DNA of 64,000 nucleotides. Source: Sulfolobaceae archaeon (GTDB lineage: Archaea > Thermoproteota > Thermoprotei_A > Sulfolobales > Sulfolobaceae). Position 1 is the stretch's first letter, and the number at the start of each line of letters is the position of its first letter. Location: NCBI GenBank assembly GCA_038893355.1, contig JAWARQ010000001.1, positions 256,001 to 320,000 on the forward strand, read 5' to 3'. The notes below the pieces were generated by a model. That model worked only from the letters and a program-made list of their open reading frames with translations. It searched no databases and was not told where the DNA came from. This document shows positions 1-12,374 of the stretch, one piece after another. The position numbers were made by a program, and so were the translations under genes.

Positions 1-516
1 AAGGAGGCTGGTGCTGCTAACAAAGACTTAAAGGGAATATTCAGAGTCCATCAATTTCATAAGATCGAACAATTTGTGTTTTCTGCTCCAGAAGATAGTT
101 GGAAGTTATTTGAAGAGTTAATAACTAATGCTGAAAGTCTATTTCAAGGCTTAGAATTGCCTTATAGGATAGTAAATATAGCATCTGGTGATTTAGGTGC
201 ATGTGCAGCTAAGAAATACGATTTAGAAGTTTGGATGCCCTCACAAGCAAAATTTAGAGAAATGGTAAGCTGTAGTAATTGTACTGACTGGCAAGCTTAC
301 AGGCTAAAGATTAGGTATATCGACAGGAAGAATAATAAAAAGGGATATGTACATACTCTAAATAGCACTGCAATTGCAAGTACAAGGGTAATTACTGCAA
401 TTTTGGAGAATAATCAAAGGGAAGATGGTGTTGTAGAAATTCCTAGGGTATTAAGGAAATATCTAGAACCATTTAAAAAAGCTCCTAAAGATTATATATA
501 TCCAAGAAAGAAGTTA

Positions 517-528
<12 letters not shown>
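1..528 (+). CDS. serS: Seryl-tRNA synthetase, C-terminal part (begins before window)
   Basis: Frame 1 is open from base 1: [25 protein letters not shown] (class II motif 2), then [16 protein letters not shown] and [12 protein letters not shown] (motif 3). Confidence 0.97.
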
Positions 529-2028
<1,500 letters not shown>

Positions 2029-2076
2029 ACTTAATCCCTTTCTATATCCTAAGTAACTGATATATAAAAAGAATAA

Positions 2077-2319
2077 TTATGATGAACTTAATATTTCTCT
2101 TAATGCTCTTTTTATATCCTCTGGTAACTCTTCTCGTTTTACAGTCTTAGCATCATCTAGTTTAGGTTCCCATTTTTCGCCATTAGGTAATACATAACTC
2201 TTTACAACACTAAATACTAAGAACCTTTCCCCTTTTTCATTTGTTGTATCTTCAATAAGTATTCTCTTACCCTTTCCAATTTCTACTATGTACTTTGCAC
2301 TTATGTTGTTAATCTTCAT
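2077..2319 (-). CDS. Small conserved hypothetical protein
   Basis: 80-aa ORF with protein-like composition, co-oriented with its neighbours. Confidence 0.7.
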   Translation of the reverse strand: MKINNISAKYIVEIGKGKRILIEDTTNEKGERFLVFSVVKSYVLPNGEKWEPKLDDAKTVKREELPEDIKRALREILSSS

Positions 2320-2353
2320 ATGGAGTAAATAGGAATGTTAAATATTAAAAATC

Positions 2354-2659
2354 TCACTCCTCTTCGGATTCTTCACTACTTTCAAATTCCTCTTTTAGCA
2401 AGTCTAAACCAATCTCTTTATAATACTCTTCTCTTTCTTGTGCTAACTGTTCCTCATGTGGGTTTCTTCCACTCTTATCACTGACAAGAGAGGTAGTAAG
2501 GACTTTTTCAGATTTACTTTTAGTACTTTTTATTGTATACTCCTTTTTCTCCTTTTCATCCATTACTCTCTCATATCCGCACTTGTTACACTTTAAATAT
2601 TCCTTTCCATCCTTCTTATTAGGTACTAGGAACCCACCACATCTAGGACAAAATCTCAT
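2354..2659 (-). CDS. TFS/RpoM paralogue with N-terminal Zn ribbon only (TFS2-like)
   Basis: [13 protein letters not shown]...LKCNKCGY matches the TFS N-terminal ribbon. The C-terminal ribbon with the QxRSADE hairpin is absent and replaced by an acidic tail. Start set at ATG 2659. Confidence 0.8.
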   Translation of the reverse strand: MRFCPRCGGFLVPNKKDGKEYLKCNKCGYERVMDEKEKKEYTIKSTKSKSEKVLTTSLVSDKSGRNPHEEQLAQEREEYYKEIGLDLLKEEFESSEESEEE

Positions 2660-2730
2660 GTTAATCACTATACTATAGTTTGTTTATAGGTGAAAATATA
2701 GTATATAAAAATTTCGCATAAAGCTTTATC

Positions 2731-3198
2731 TTAAAATACTCTTATCCGTGGGTCTTCCTTTATTACATTCAGTACGATGCTTGTGTAAGTTCTCTCAACT
2801 TTAGGATTTTTAAGTAATGATTTAATGAAGTTATCAAGGTCTTCGACCCCTTTAAATTTGGCTATCACAACTACATCATATTCACCAACCACATCATAAA
2901 TTGCAACTACATTATCAGCACTAGCAACTTCTTTTTCGAATTCAAGTATATGTTTACCATCAACTTTAATCATTATTATTGAAGTTAATGAATAACCTAA
3001 TTTACTGTAGTCTAAAAGCGTAGTAAAGCCTTTTATAACACCTTCTTGGATCAGTCTTAGAAGTCTATTATGCAGAGTTGCGGGAGAGACATTTAACTCT
3101 TCAGCTAACCTTCTTAAACTACTTCTCGAATCTCTAACTAATTCGTGTAACAATTTCTTGTCTACAGTATCTAATTCTACTCTTTTTCTATTAGACAC
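2731..3198 (-). CDS. lrp: Lrp/AsnC family transcription regulator
   Basis: N-terminal wHTH ([38 protein letters not shown]) followed by the RAM domain (VVGEYD). Confidence 0.95.
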   Translation of the reverse strand: MSNRKRVELDTVDKKLLHELVRDSRSSLRRLAEELNVSPATLHNRLLRLIQEGVIKGFTTLLDYSKLGYSLTSIIMIKVDGKHILEFEKEVASADNVVAIYDVVGEYDVVVIAKFKGVEDLDNFIKSLLKNPKVERTYTSIVLNVIKEDPRIRVF

Positions 3199-3253
3199 AT
3201 AAAACTTAATGGAATATCAGTTAAAAAATTTTCACAATCATACGATATCTGTG

Positions 3254-3865
3254 TTATAACTTTATTTGGGATATCGCATCTAATATTAACTGGACACCAA
3301 ACGCTGCTATTATAATTGCTGTAAACCTTCCTGCAGCTACTGTACCCGTTCTTCCTAATACTCTAACTAAAAATGGAGCAAAGAGCAAGACGAAATACGT
3401 ATATAGTGCCGCTAGAAAGCTAGCTAGCAGGAGTACATATGGTGAATAGTTTACGGATAAGGTTATTAAGGCAGTCATTGTCCCTGGTCCTACTATTAAG
3501 GGTGTTGCTATAGGAGTAACTATTGCCTCTTCTAATCTACCTACAAATCTTAACTGTTGAAAACCCCCGAGAGTGTCTATTCCTATATAAACTAATACTA
3601 TACCACCACCGATCATTAATGCGATAGGTTGCAGTCCTAAGAAATCAAGAAGCGGTCTTCCTAGTACGGAAAAAATGAATAATAGTATACTTATTGCTAT
3701 CATTATTCTATTTACTAAATATCTCCATGATATTACCTTTTGCATGTTTTCGCTATAAGTCTGATATACGGAAAGTAAATATGGTATTACGGCAAAAGGA
3801 TCCATAATCGCAAAAAGCTTAACTGATATTACCACAGAATTTGTTAGATCTTCAATTACTGGCAT
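3254..3865 (-). CDS. MarC family membrane protein
   Basis: LFAIMDP, GGIVL and [12 protein letters not shown] motifs, with about 6 hydrophobic segments. Confidence 0.9.
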   Translation of the reverse strand: MPVIEDLTNSVVISVKLFAIMDPFAVIPYLLSVYQTYSENMQKVISWRYLVNRIMIAISILLFIFSVLGRPLLDFLGLQPIALMIGGGIVLVYIGIDTLGGFQQLRFVGRLEEAIVTPIATPLIVGPGTMTALITLSVNYSPYVLLLASFLAALYTYFVLLFAPFLVRVLGRTGTVAAGRFTAIIIAAFGVQLILDAISQIKL

Positions 3866-4170
3866 TATTCATCTAGTATCCGAGAAATCTCTTCTAGACT
3901 TTTAATCTTTTTACTATTATCACTACTAAGGCTGGCAATAATTATCTTACTTAAGATTCTATATATTCTCGAGATCTCTTTCTTACACTCTTCTATTTCC
4001 TTACTTTTCTCATCTAACTTAACTTGCAGTAGTTGTAAAGAACTCAAAATTTCATCAAGTAATTCCTCTGCATGATGGTGGTGTGAAGCTTCTTCTCTAC
4101 TATGGATTTCGTTCTCTATCTCCTCTAAATCCTTTTCCGTCTTTGGAATCTTATCTATTCTAAACTTCAT
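3865..4170 (-). CDS. Hypothetical helical protein with HHHH patch
   Basis: 101-aa ORF translationally coupled to both neighbours; contains SHHHHAE and coiled-coil-like heptads. Confidence 0.7.
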   Translation of the reverse strand: MKFRIDKIPKTEKDLEEIENEIHSREEASHHHHAEELLDEILSSLQLLQVKLDEKSKEIEECKKEISRIYRILSKIIIASLSSDNSKKIKSLEEISRILDE

Positions 4171-4457
4171 TTTTGCTCACTCTCCTCCGGTTCCATGTCT
4201 ACATTACGTGTAGTTTCTTTTTGTTCTGTTATTATTATATTTCCTAAACCCATTTTTAAATAATGTTTAATTACTACAGAAATTTTACCTGCAGCCCTAG
4301 TCGGTATACATTCAGTTTCTACTTCTTCTCCATCGTTCGTAATTCCAATAACTTTTGCCTCTTTCTTTTCATCGTCACAATATTCAAGCTTTACTGAAAC
4401 TAATTTTCCTGCAAACATTAATGATTCTAGATCTCTTCCTTTCATTTTATTAGTCAT
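4167..4457 (-). CDS. Hypothetical protein downstream of pyrD
   Basis: 96-aa ORF with 4-nt overlaps on both sides. Confidence 0.7.
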   Translation of the reverse strand: MTNKMKGRDLESLMFAGKLVSVKLEYCDDEKKEAKVIGITNDGEEVETECIPTRAAGKISVVIKHYLKMGLGNIIITEQKETTRNVDMEPEESEQK

Positions 4458-5329
4458 TTTTTTACTCCAATACCAATTATGTCTTTAAAGCTTAATTTCT
4501 TTTCTTTAAGATACGAGATTAGACCTTCTCTAATCTCCTTAATTATATTGAATCCCTTCTCGATTATTACACTACCTAATCCTACTAACTTTGCACCAAC
4601 CATCATCATACCTATTACATCTTCCCAAGAAAATACACCACCAGTTCCTATTATATCTACTTCATATTCGCTATAAACTTCTCTAATTATCCTTAGTGCT
4701 AATGGATATATGCATTTTCCTGAAATCCCACCGGTCTCATAACTTAATATTGGCTTTGCAGTTTCAATATCTATTAGCATCCCCCTTAATGTATTTATTA
4801 ATGTTAGTCCATCAGCACCGGCTTCTAATGCTTTTCCTGCAATTTCTAGTATATTTTCACTAGGAGGCAATTTTACAAATACTGGTTTCTTGATAGATGA
4901 TTTTACAGAGCTTACTATATCCTTTACATAGTTTAAAAGGGAAATTCCATATCCTGCCCTATTAGGACTGCTTACATTTAATTCTATAAGTACAGAAACT
5001 CTTTCTAATTCCCTAGCTACGGCTGAATATTCTTCTATACTACTTCCACCTACACTTCCTATTAATTGACACGGTATATCTTCTAAGTCTCTGATTACCT
5101 TTACTCCCGGATTTCCCAGCCCTATGGCGTTTAAATAACATCCCTCATGGAACTTAATAACCGTAGGTGGTTTATGAGGTTCTAAAGGATTTAGAGTTAA
5201 TGTTTTAAGAGTTATTGCTGATGGTTGATACTCTACACATACTTCTCTCATTAAATTTCTTGCATAAGGTAAAATGCCAGAGGCTATAATTAATGGGTCT
5301 TTAAACTCCTTTCCAGCTACCTGGATCAA
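4454..5329 (-). CDS. pyrD: Dihydroorotate dehydrogenase catalytic subunit
   Basis: [24 protein letters not shown] (Ser variant), FVKL, INT, GGISG and GTGG motifs. Likely start is TTG at 5329. Confidence 0.93.
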   Translation of the reverse strand: MIQVAGKEFKDPLIIASGILPYARNLMREVCVEYQPSAITLKTLTLNPLEPHKPPTVIKFHEGCYLNAIGLGNPGVKVIRDLEDIPCQLIGSVGGSSIEEYSAVARELERVSVLIELNVSSPNRAGYGISLLNYVKDIVSSVKSSIKKPVFVKLPPSENILEIAGKALEAGADGLTLINTLRGMLIDIETAKPILSYETGGISGKCIYPLALRIIREVYSEYEVDIIGTGGVFSWEDVIGMMMVGAKLVGLGSVIIEKGFNIIKEIREGLISYLKEKKLSFKDIIGIGVKK

Positions 5330-6482
5330 ATGGATTAATCCCTCTAATTGGATATACCTCACCATCTTCATATACTACCTTTCCTTGAACTATCGTCATG
5401 TAGACTAATGCATCTAATGGGTAACCATCAAAGGGGGTTTGTGTTACCTTAGAATATCGAGTGGAATATCTCCATCTTTCAAATTTTATTACAGTAAAAT
5501 TAGCAAAATAGTTTTTCTCAATTTTTCCATACTTTATATCAAGAATTTTAGCTGGATTTAAAGAAATTAATTTTATTGTGTTTTTAATATCCAATATACC
5601 TTTTTTTACCAATGAAAACAAGAAAGGTACAGTAAATGAAATAGCCGCAATACCAGGCGGGCATAGCTCAAAGTCCTGAACTTTTTCCCATTTAGCATGT
5701 GGTGCATGATCGCTAGCAACAGCATCTGCCTCAAATAATGCTTTAAGTAATTCGAATCTAGTTATATTATCCCTAATAGGCGGGTTAACCTTTGTTAAAC
5801 AGTCTTTTTCACCATTAATTAAAATATGGTGTGGAGTAACATCTGTGGTTAATCCTAAATTTTTAGCTAATTTTAATGTATAATAATTAGTTATATGTGT
5901 TATATGAATTTTTGTAAATTTGTTATCGGAGAATAATATTCTTAATGGTGCTAATTCCATCCATATACTTCTAAATTTTCTAAATACCTTATTTGCCTTC
6001 ATGATTTCAGAATGTATTACTTTCAATTTTTTACTCTTTAGTACTGAATATAATTCATCTTTCTCTAAATCTTCTGGGTATATTTTATACCCTGCAATTG
6101 GTAATTTATCAATTTTTTCAGTCTCTTTTCCTACTCCTGCATATATACCAAAATCTGTTCTAGAATAGTTTTCAAATTCTCTTAATCTTTCAATAACTCT
6201 TTCATACGTTATTATAGGCGGAATAGTATTTGGCATATCTACTACTACAGTTATTCCACCATAGGCTGCTTCACTTGTTGCTGTAGCTACAGTTTCTTTA
6301 TAGCTTAATTGAGCACCTCTGACATGTACGTGCATATCTATAGCACCAGGTAAAAGGATTGTGGATTGAGGAAGACTAATATCAGGTTTACATTCTTTCT
6401 TTATATTCCTAATTATTCTATCAAATTCTATACAAATTTCTTCTATTTCGTCATTATAGAAAGCTTTACCTCTTATCCACAA
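5301..6482 (-). CDS. pyrC: Dihydroorotase
   Basis: [23 protein letters not shown] and SDHAPH motifs. Confidence 0.95.
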   Translation of the reverse strand: MWIRGKAFYNDEIEEICIEFDRIIRNIKKECKPDISLPQSTILLPGAIDMHVHVRGAQLSYKETVATATSEAAYGGITVVVDMPNTIPPIITYERVIERLREFENYSRTDFGIYAGVGKETEKIDKLPIAGYKIYPEDLEKDELYSVLKSKKLKVIHSEIMKANKVFRKFRSIWMELAPLRILFSDNKFTKIHITHITNYYTLKLAKNLGLTTDVTPHHILINGEKDCLTKVNPPIRDNITRFELLKALFEADAVASDHAPHAKWEKVQDFELCPPGIAAISFTVPFLFSLVKKGILDIKNTIKLISLNPAKILDIKYGKIEKNYFANFTVIKFERWRYSTRYSKVTQTPFDGYPLDALVYMTIVQGKVVYEDGEVYPIRGINPFDPGSWKGV

Positions 6483-7071
6483 TTCTCTCTAACCTCATAA
6501 AAGGCCCTTGAATGCAAGGTAAATATCCATTGAATTCACAAACTCCACATACTCCTAACATACAGTTCATTTTAACCCATCTTACATAGACATAAGAATT
6601 TTTTGGTAGTTCTATTTTTTTAACTAAGTCTAGAGGTAATGATGCTAATATAGTATCATAATGTTCCATTTCCTTTACTCTTGGTATTTCCTCACATTCA
6701 CAATTTTCTATACAATAGAGTCTTGCGATCTTACCTTGTCTTATTCCGTAAAGTAAGGGATAATTTAAATCATAACAATATTTACCTATTGATATTCCTA
6801 ATATTCTTTCACCATTAAGATCTATGGGTATGCCTAACGGACCTTTAATTAATATATTTGAAAGTTTTGAGATTTTTTCTATTATTTTTCTTGATTCTAC
6901 ATATAATGTTAATATATCATTATTATAATCGCCTATACTTAATGGATACTCTCCTTCCAGAGGGAGTACTATACTTATATATTGCCCAGGCTTTGGATTA
7001 AATTTTATTCTTATTGTTATTTTCCAAATTTCATTATATTTATCTATTGAAATTAATTTACCCCTTAACAT
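6466..7071 (-). CDS. pyrK: Dihydroorotate dehydrogenase electron-transfer subunit (PyrK-like)
   Basis: PGQY, PLSI and GPLG flavin-binding motifs, plus [11 protein letters not shown]...C.QGP [2Fe-2S] motif. Confidence 0.8.
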   Translation of the reverse strand: MLRGKLISIDKYNEIWKITIRIKFNPKPGQYISIVLPLEGEYPLSIGDYNNDILTLYVESRKIIEKISKLSNILIKGPLGIPIDLNGERILGISIGKYCYDLNYPLLYGIRQGKIARLYCIENCECEEIPRVKEMEHYDTILASLPLDLVKKIELPKNSYVYVRWVKMNCMLGVCGVCEFNGYLPCIQGPFMRLERIVDKR

Positions 7072-7537
7072 CTAAAACTTGCCTCAAAATTTCATCTTCC
7101 TCTAATCTCGTTTCGCAGTATATACAGCTTATTATTAGTGGATTTGATCTCACTACTACAAATTTACTTTTAGCTTCGGGGTCGTTATTGGTTATACAAT
7201 AGGGATTGGGACATTTTAATAAGTCTAAAATAACTTTAGGTAGGCTAATTTTTCTCTTTTCTATAACCTTATAGTCTCTAACTATATTTATCGTAGCAGT
7301 TGATGCTACTAAAGATATAAGGCTTGTTTCTTTTTCGTCTAAAAATCTATCTTCAATTTTTACTATATCCTTCTTACCTAATTTTTTACTTTCTACATTC
7401 ATTACCAAACTAACTCTATTACTCTCATTACCTGAAATTCCTAAAATTTTAAGTACTACCAAAGCCTTCCCGGCAGGAATATGGTCTATTACAGTTCCAT
7501 TTTTTATCTTACTTACAACGAGTTCTTTTTCACTCAT
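7058..7537 (-). CDS. pyrI: Aspartate carbamoyltransferase regulatory chain
   Basis: [21 protein letters not shown] and the CPNPYCITN...CIYC Zn site. Confidence 0.97.
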   Translation of the reverse strand: MSEKELVVSKIKNGTVIDHIPAGKALVVLKILGISGNESNRVSLVMNVESKKLGKKDIVKIEDRFLDEKETSLISLVASTATINIVRDYKVIEKRKISLPKVILDLLKCPNPYCITNNDPEAKSKFVVVRSNPLIISCIYCETRLEEDEILRQVLDVKG

Positions 7538-8443
7538 TTAACTTTCACCTAATATAAGCGAAAGTAGTGCCATTCTAATTGGAACTCCTAATGAGGCTTG
7601 TAAGAAGTATTTTGCCCGTGTATCGTTATCAACATCTCTATCTATCTCATTTACTCTAGGTAGAGGATGAAGAATTATAGCATCTTTTTTCATCCTCTTT
7701 ACTAAATCCTTACTAACTTTATAGCTTTCCCTTACCCTTTGATATTCAATTTCGTCAGGAAATCTCTCCTTTTGAATTCTAGTAACATATAATACATCAA
7801 TTTCCTCGATAACATCATAAGGACTTTCAAGTTCCTTGATAGGGTAATTAAGATCTTCTAATATTTCTCTTCTTGGCCTTAATTGTTGTGGAGAGATTAA
7901 GTATACCATTTTTGGTTTAAAACGTGTTAATGCCCTAAGTAGACTATTTACTGTTCTTGCATACTTTAAATCACCAAATATTCCAAATACTAAATTATCC
8001 ACCTCACCAAATATTTCATTTACCGTAAATAGGTCAATTAATGCTTGTGTAGGATGTTCATGTTTTCCATCTCCAGCATTTATTACTGGCTTACTTGCTA
8101 CTTCTGCAGCAAATCCTGCTGCACCATCATATTTATGCCTAATTACGATTAAGTCAGAGTAAGAATCCAGCATTCTGATAGTATCTGCCAAATTCTCACC
8201 TTTTGCTATTGATATTGCCTCAACTCCAGAGAATCCTATTACTGATGCTCCTAGCTTTAAAGATGCTGTATGGAAGCTTAACATTGTTCTTGTACTAGGC
8301 TCAAAAAATGCCAAAGATATTATTTTATTCTTTAATATTTCAATTTTACCTTTTAAATTTTTATATTTTTTTGCTTCTTCAAATATTAAATAATATTCGT
8401 TACGATCTAGATCAAGTGAGGAAATTATGTCCTTATACTTCAA
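7538..8443 (-). CDS. pyrB: Aspartate carbamoyltransferase catalytic chain
   Basis: [19 protein letters not shown] and HPLPR motifs. Confidence 0.97.
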   Translation of the reverse strand: MKYKDIISSLDLDRNEYYLIFEEAKKYKNLKGKIEILKNKIISLAFFEPSTRTMLSFHTASLKLGASVIGFSGVEAISIAKGENLADTIRMLDSYSDLIVIRHKYDGAAGFAAEVASKPVINAGDGKHEHPTQALIDLFTVNEIFGEVDNLVFGIFGDLKYARTVNSLLRALTRFKPKMVYLISPQQLRPRREILEDLNYPIKELESPYDVIEEIDVLYVTRIQKERFPDEIEYQRVRESYKVSKDLVKRMKKDAIILHPLPRVNEIDRDVDNDTRAKYFLQASLGVPIRMALLSLILGES

Positions 8444-8549
8444 ATACTGCCCTAAAATAAGGTTATTAAAATATTAGTAAAAGCTTTTTGCTGTATCGTG
8501 GAAAGAATGAATGGTACTTTTTTATATTGAATACTGTAGTCATAAAATA
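8444..8549. promoter_or_regulatory. Divergent pyrB/pyrE promoter region (probably leaderless transcripts)
   Basis: TTTATAT lies at about 8521-8527, roughly 25 nt before ATG 8550. A minus-strand TTTAATAA at 8463-8470 lies about 24 nt before the pyrB start. Central AAAAGCTTTT palindrome at 8479-8488. Confidence 0.6.
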
Positions 8550-9137
8550 ATGAAATTTTCAGACGTATTACTTGAAAGGAAGTTATTATTAATTGGTAAT
8601 TTCATTTTAACCTCTGGAAAGTCTAGTCCATATTATATTGATCTAAGAAAATTACCAAGTTATCCAGAATTTAACGTTATAGTAAATGAGGCTATCAATA
8701 TTGTGAAGAATATAAAATTTGACATTATAGTCGGTATTGCAACAGGGGGAATCATATTAGCATCATATCTAGCATGTAAGCTAAACAAACCAGTCGGGTA
8801 TGTAAGGGTCGAGAAAAAAGGTCACGGTACAGATAAATTGCTTGAAGCTGAGGTAGAGGGTAAAAGGGTTTTGGTTGTGGATGATGTATGCACTACCGGC
8901 GGATCAATAGAGAAAGCTGTAAAAGAAATAGTTAACAATGGGGGGAGAGTTGTTGGAGCCTTGGTAATAGTTGATAGGGAAGAAGGTGCAAGAGAGAGGC
9001 TCAAGAATTTAGGAGTTGAACTTTATGCATTGTATAAAGTTTCTTACATACTGAAGGAGATATTAAACTCAAATAAGCTTTCTGAAAAAGAGAAAAATAT
9101 AATAAAGGAATATTTTGGTGAAAAAGTTGAGAAGTAA
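8550..9137 (+). CDS. pyrE: Orotate phosphoribosyltransferase
   Basis: [20 protein letters not shown] and the PRPP loop [11 protein letters not shown]. Start set at ATG 8550. Confidence 0.96.
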   Translation: MKFSDVLLERKLLLIGNFILTSGKSSPYYIDLRKLPSYPEFNVIVNEAINIVKNIKFDIIVGIATGGIILASYLACKLNKPVGYVRVEKKGHGTDKLLEAEVEGKRVLVVDDVCTTGGSIEKAVKEIVNNGGRVVGALVIVDREEGARERLKNLGVELYALYKVSYILKEILNSNKLSEKEKNIIKEYFGEKVEK

Positions 9138-9783
9138 AATAATTTTAGCCATTGATGATGCTTCTTTTTTTAATAAATTGGGAGATGTAAGTGAATTATT
9201 AGCTGGAGTAAAATTAGGATTGCCTATTTTTCTTGAATTAAATATATTAAATATAAAAAATATTATTTTAAAAAATAATATAAAAAATATAATAATAGAT
9301 TTAAAACTTGCAGATATAGGGGATATAATGATTTCTTCTGTTTCTAAATTAATAGATATAGGGGATGGATTTATTGCACATTCGTTCATCGGTAAGGAAG
9401 AATCTTTAGATAAATTAAAGAAATTCCTAGATGATAATAATAAGAAGCTCTATTTAATCTTATCAATGTCTCATCCTGGTTGGAGGGATGAGTTTTTTTA
9501 TGATCATTTAAAGAGAATTATAGCTGAAGTAGATCCATATGGGATTGTAGTACCAGCCACTAAACCACAAATTATTGAAAGGGCTAGGAACGACTTTCCT
9601 AAAAAGGTAATAATATCTCCCGGCGTTGGAACTCAAGGTGCACCATTTGGAATTGGATTATGTAAGGGTAGTGATTACGAAATAATTGGCAGGAGTATTA
9701 CTAAATCAATTAGGCCAAGAGAAATAATTTTGAAGATAATTGAAGCACAAGAGAGGATGTTAAATGAATGTAAAAAAGGATGA
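9127..9783 (+). CDS. pyrF: Orotidine 5'-phosphate decarboxylase
   Basis: DLKLADI catalytic motif, MSHPG, PGVGTQG and IIGRSI. GGTGA Shine-Dalgarno before TTG 9127. Confidence 0.96.
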   Translation: MRSKIILAIDDASFFNKLGDVSELLAGVKLGLPIFLELNILNIKNIILKNNIKNIIIDLKLADIGDIMISSVSKLIDIGDGFIAHSFIGKEESLDKLKKFLDDNNKKLYLILSMSHPGWRDEFFYDHLKRIIAEVDPYGIVVPATKPQIIERARNDFPKKVIISPGVGTQGAPFGIGLCKGSDYEIIGRSITKSIRPREIILKIIEAQERMLNECKKG

Positions 9784-10426
9784 GAGATTATTACTATCTC
9801 AAGAAAGTAAAAATTTAGCAGAATTATTATCAAAATTGGCTTTAGCAGAAGATTACCATGAAGAAAGTGGTATTGAGCCTACTACTGATATGAAGGATAT
9901 ATATGTGGAGGATTTAAAAGCAAGAGAATATGGGTTTAAAGTAGGAAGTATGAATTTATCTTATAGATACTTATATTCTTATACTGCGAATTTATTTATA
10001 GAATTTATAAGGAAATATATGTTAGAATTTGCTAATAACACGATAAATACTGGAATTGAATATTTATTAATTCTCTTGAGAGATGGAAAATTTTTAATTT
10101 TAGAAGGTGATGAAAATAAAGTTCAAATTCCATTTCCTGACGGTTTAGCCACTGTCCATACGCATCCGGGTATATGTTTATTCTCAGAAAAGGATCTGGA
10201 AACTGCAGATTATTTATTCTCTAGGGGCTATTTTATTATTGGAGTAATGAATAACACATGTATTTCAATTATTTATAGAAATGGTGTGTATACATTAGAA
10301 GATAAAGAAATGTTAATTAAATTTTATAAAAAATTAAAGAAAATTAAAAATTTAAATGAATATATTCAATTATTTAAAAATTTTAATACTGAAAATTTAA
10401 AAATAACTATCTTAACTTTTCTTTAG
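9764..10426 (+). CDS. Uncharacterised JAB/MPN-fold-like metalloprotein
   Basis: GIEY...HTHPGICLFSEKD resembles the JAMM motif E...HxH(x6-7)SxxD. Overlaps the pyrF stop. Confidence 0.6.
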   Translation: MNVKKDERLLLSQESKNLAELLSKLALAEDYHEESGIEPTTDMKDIYVEDLKAREYGFKVGSMNLSYRYLYSYTANLFIEFIRKYMLEFANNTINTGIEYLLILLRDGKFLILEGDENKVQIPFPDGLATVHTHPGICLFSEKDLETADYLFSRGYFIIGVMNNTCISIIYRNGVYTLEDKEMLIKFYKKLKKIKNLNEYIQLFKNFNTENLKITILTFL

Positions 10427-11420
10427 CTAACATATTTATAGTAACTTCTGCGATATCAAATGAGTATCTATTAATTCGTCTTAAAGAGTCAAGTACAAGC
10501 AATGCATTACTTAAGCTTTCAACATCACCTTTAGAACTTACTAACCTACTAGTAATGTCATAGTGTTCTTGTATAATTTTGTTATCTTTGAGAACTTCGT
10601 AACTTATCTCCTTCTTCCTATTTATAAATGCATTAATTGATTTTTTATATATTTGTGAGATTTTTATTCCATAATCGTAAATTAAGCTCGTAAGTTCTTT
10701 TTCTAATTTTATCTTTTCAGCTAATGTTGCTATCCTAACTGCATGGTCTGCAACCCTTTCTATATATCTAGATACAAGGTGATAGTCTGGAATTTGAAAG
10801 AAATTTATTTCTTCCTTTTCTAATATTTCATATATAGATAACGATAATGTTAGTTGTCTAGATATATAAAAATATAGCCTATCGACTTCATCATCCCTCA
10901 ATATCACTTGTTTTGACAACTCATAATTTTCATCCTTTATAGAAGTTAAGCTATCTAACAACATGTTTAATGCTAAGTGTGAGGCTCTACTTATAGCCTT
11001 AGAGATCGATAATTCTTTTACACTTACTAGAAATTGTATCACTAGAGAATTTGCGGTTTCGTCTACTATTTCACCACCAAGCAATCTTCTCCTTATGAAG
11101 TCTTTAATAACTGCAATATCATTTGCTTTCATCTTAGTACAAAAGATAGATACAGTAGAGTAACCTGCCATATAATATGCAATCATTTCTCGTATTATAT
11201 AATCGATTTCAGAATCTCTACATTCTATAACTGAGTTTAAAGATTCCTCTTTATTGCCTGCCTTTCTAGGGACTATTATTAGCTTCATGTCTTTATCTTG
11301 ATAAATTTCAACGATATCTCCTGCATTAAGTCCTAGCGTCTTTATCCATGATTTAGGTAAAGATACTATAAATGTTGAACCTCCAGTAATCTGTAGCTTT
11401 CTTAATATAGGTCTATTCAT
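10407..11420 (-). CDS. phoU: Archaeal phosphate uptake regulator PhoU with N-terminal AbrB domain
   Basis: RKLQITGGSTFIVSLPKSW (AbrB-like), plus DDEVDRLY and ERVADHA (PhoU repeats). Confidence 0.92.
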   Translation of the reverse strand: MNRPILRKLQITGGSTFIVSLPKSWIKTLGLNAGDIVEIYQDKDMKLIIVPRKAGNKEESLNSVIECRDSEIDYIIREMIAYYMAGYSTVSIFCTKMKANDIAVIKDFIRRRLLGGEIVDETANSLVIQFLVSVKELSISKAISRASHLALNMLLDSLTSIKDENYELSKQVILRDDEVDRLYFYISRQLTLSLSIYEILEKEEINFFQIPDYHLVSRYIERVADHAVRIATLAEKIKLEKELTSLIYDYGIKISQIYKKSINAFINRKKEISYEVLKDNKIIQEHYDITSRLVSSKGDVESLSNALLVLDSLRRINRYSFDIAEVTINMLAKEKLR

Positions 11421-11457
11421 ATTATTACTTCTATATAAGTAAATATATAGTTTATCT

Positions 11458-11898
11458 TCAAGTCACAATAGATTCCTTCTTTTGATTTATGAGTTTTTCA
11501 AGGTTCTCTTTAGATTCTTTAAAGAACTTATTACCTAAAATAGTTTCAGGAATAGAAATTTGTGGTAAACTCTCTTCTAATTCCTCTAAGATGAGTATTA
11601 CCTCTGGGAGCTGAAAATCTTTGACCATATCTTTTGTAACCTTAATCGCTGAATATAAATAAGGAACTATAAAAATCCCCAATTCTATATAAATCTCTAA
11701 TCTTAACTCTATAATTTCTAAAAGAAGATCTATTATATTTAATTTATAAAGAAGTAAGGATAATTGTTTTCTCTCTTTCTCAAAAACATTAATATTTAAA
11801 TTATTTAGTCTGTTATTAATTTTATAAATATTATTTCTGATCCTATTTCTGAAAATTCTTATATCGGTCAGCAGTGATATTATATCCTTTTTTCTCAT
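11458..11898 (-). CDS. Divergent ESCRT-III (CdvB3-like) protein
   Basis: Long basic helix followed by DLLLEIIELRLE (resembling the CdvB LExxxLRLET core) and LPEV. Its position next to phoU and the pyr cluster matches my recollection of Sulfolobales cdvB3. Confidence 0.55.
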   Translation of the reverse strand: MRKKDIISLLTDIRIFRNRIRNNIYKINNRLNNLNINVFEKERKQLSLLLYKLNIIDLLLEIIELRLEIYIELGIFIVPYLYSAIKVTKDMVKDFQLPEVILILEELEESLPQISIPETILGNKFFKESKENLEKLINQKKESIVT

Positions 11899-11954
11899 TA
11901 ATACTTCTGATTAGCAGTACTAGGCTTAATATTATTTTTACTCATTCGTAAACC

Positions 11955-12353
11955 CTAACTTTTAACTCTATTTATCTTCTCTCTTTTTTCTATAATTTTC
12001 CTTAATTTATTTAATATATTAACTAGGTCTTCATGAAGATCGTTATATTTTCCACAAATTGCAAGAAATTCTAGTTCGTTAAATACTTTATACTTCTTAT
12101 GAATGTCTAAAAGTGAGAATGATAAGTTAAGATAATCTCTTACGAATTCTTTACTGCATCTTTCATAAATTATCTTCAATATACTTAAATCCATTATTCT
12201 CTTCCTCTTATTTCTTCTTGAATATAGAATGATTCTCATATTTGTTGGTACTTCTTCTCTCTCGAGCTCTTCTGCTTTAAGTTCACCTTCCTCTATTTCA
12301 ATAATATATGACTCTGCAATTATGTACTTCTTTATAATTTCTTTTAATCCCAA
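11955..12353 (-). CDS. Hypothetical protein
   Basis: 132-aa ORF with TTG start and no recognised motif. Confidence 0.65.
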   Translation of the reverse strand: MGLKEIIKKYIIAESYIIEIEEGELKAEELEREEVPTNMRIILYSRRNKRKRIMDLSILKIIYERCSKEFVRDYLNLSFSLLDIHKKYKVFNELEFLAICGKYNDLHEDLVNILNKLRKIIEKREKINRVKS

Positions 12354-12374
12354 ATTTGAACCTCTAATAGAAGT

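Noticed and set aside
9230-9310. Extremely AT-rich stretch in pyrF ([19 protein letters not shown])
   Set aside because: It is in frame and immediately precedes the DLKLADI motif, so it reflects compositional bias rather than an insertion or frameshift.
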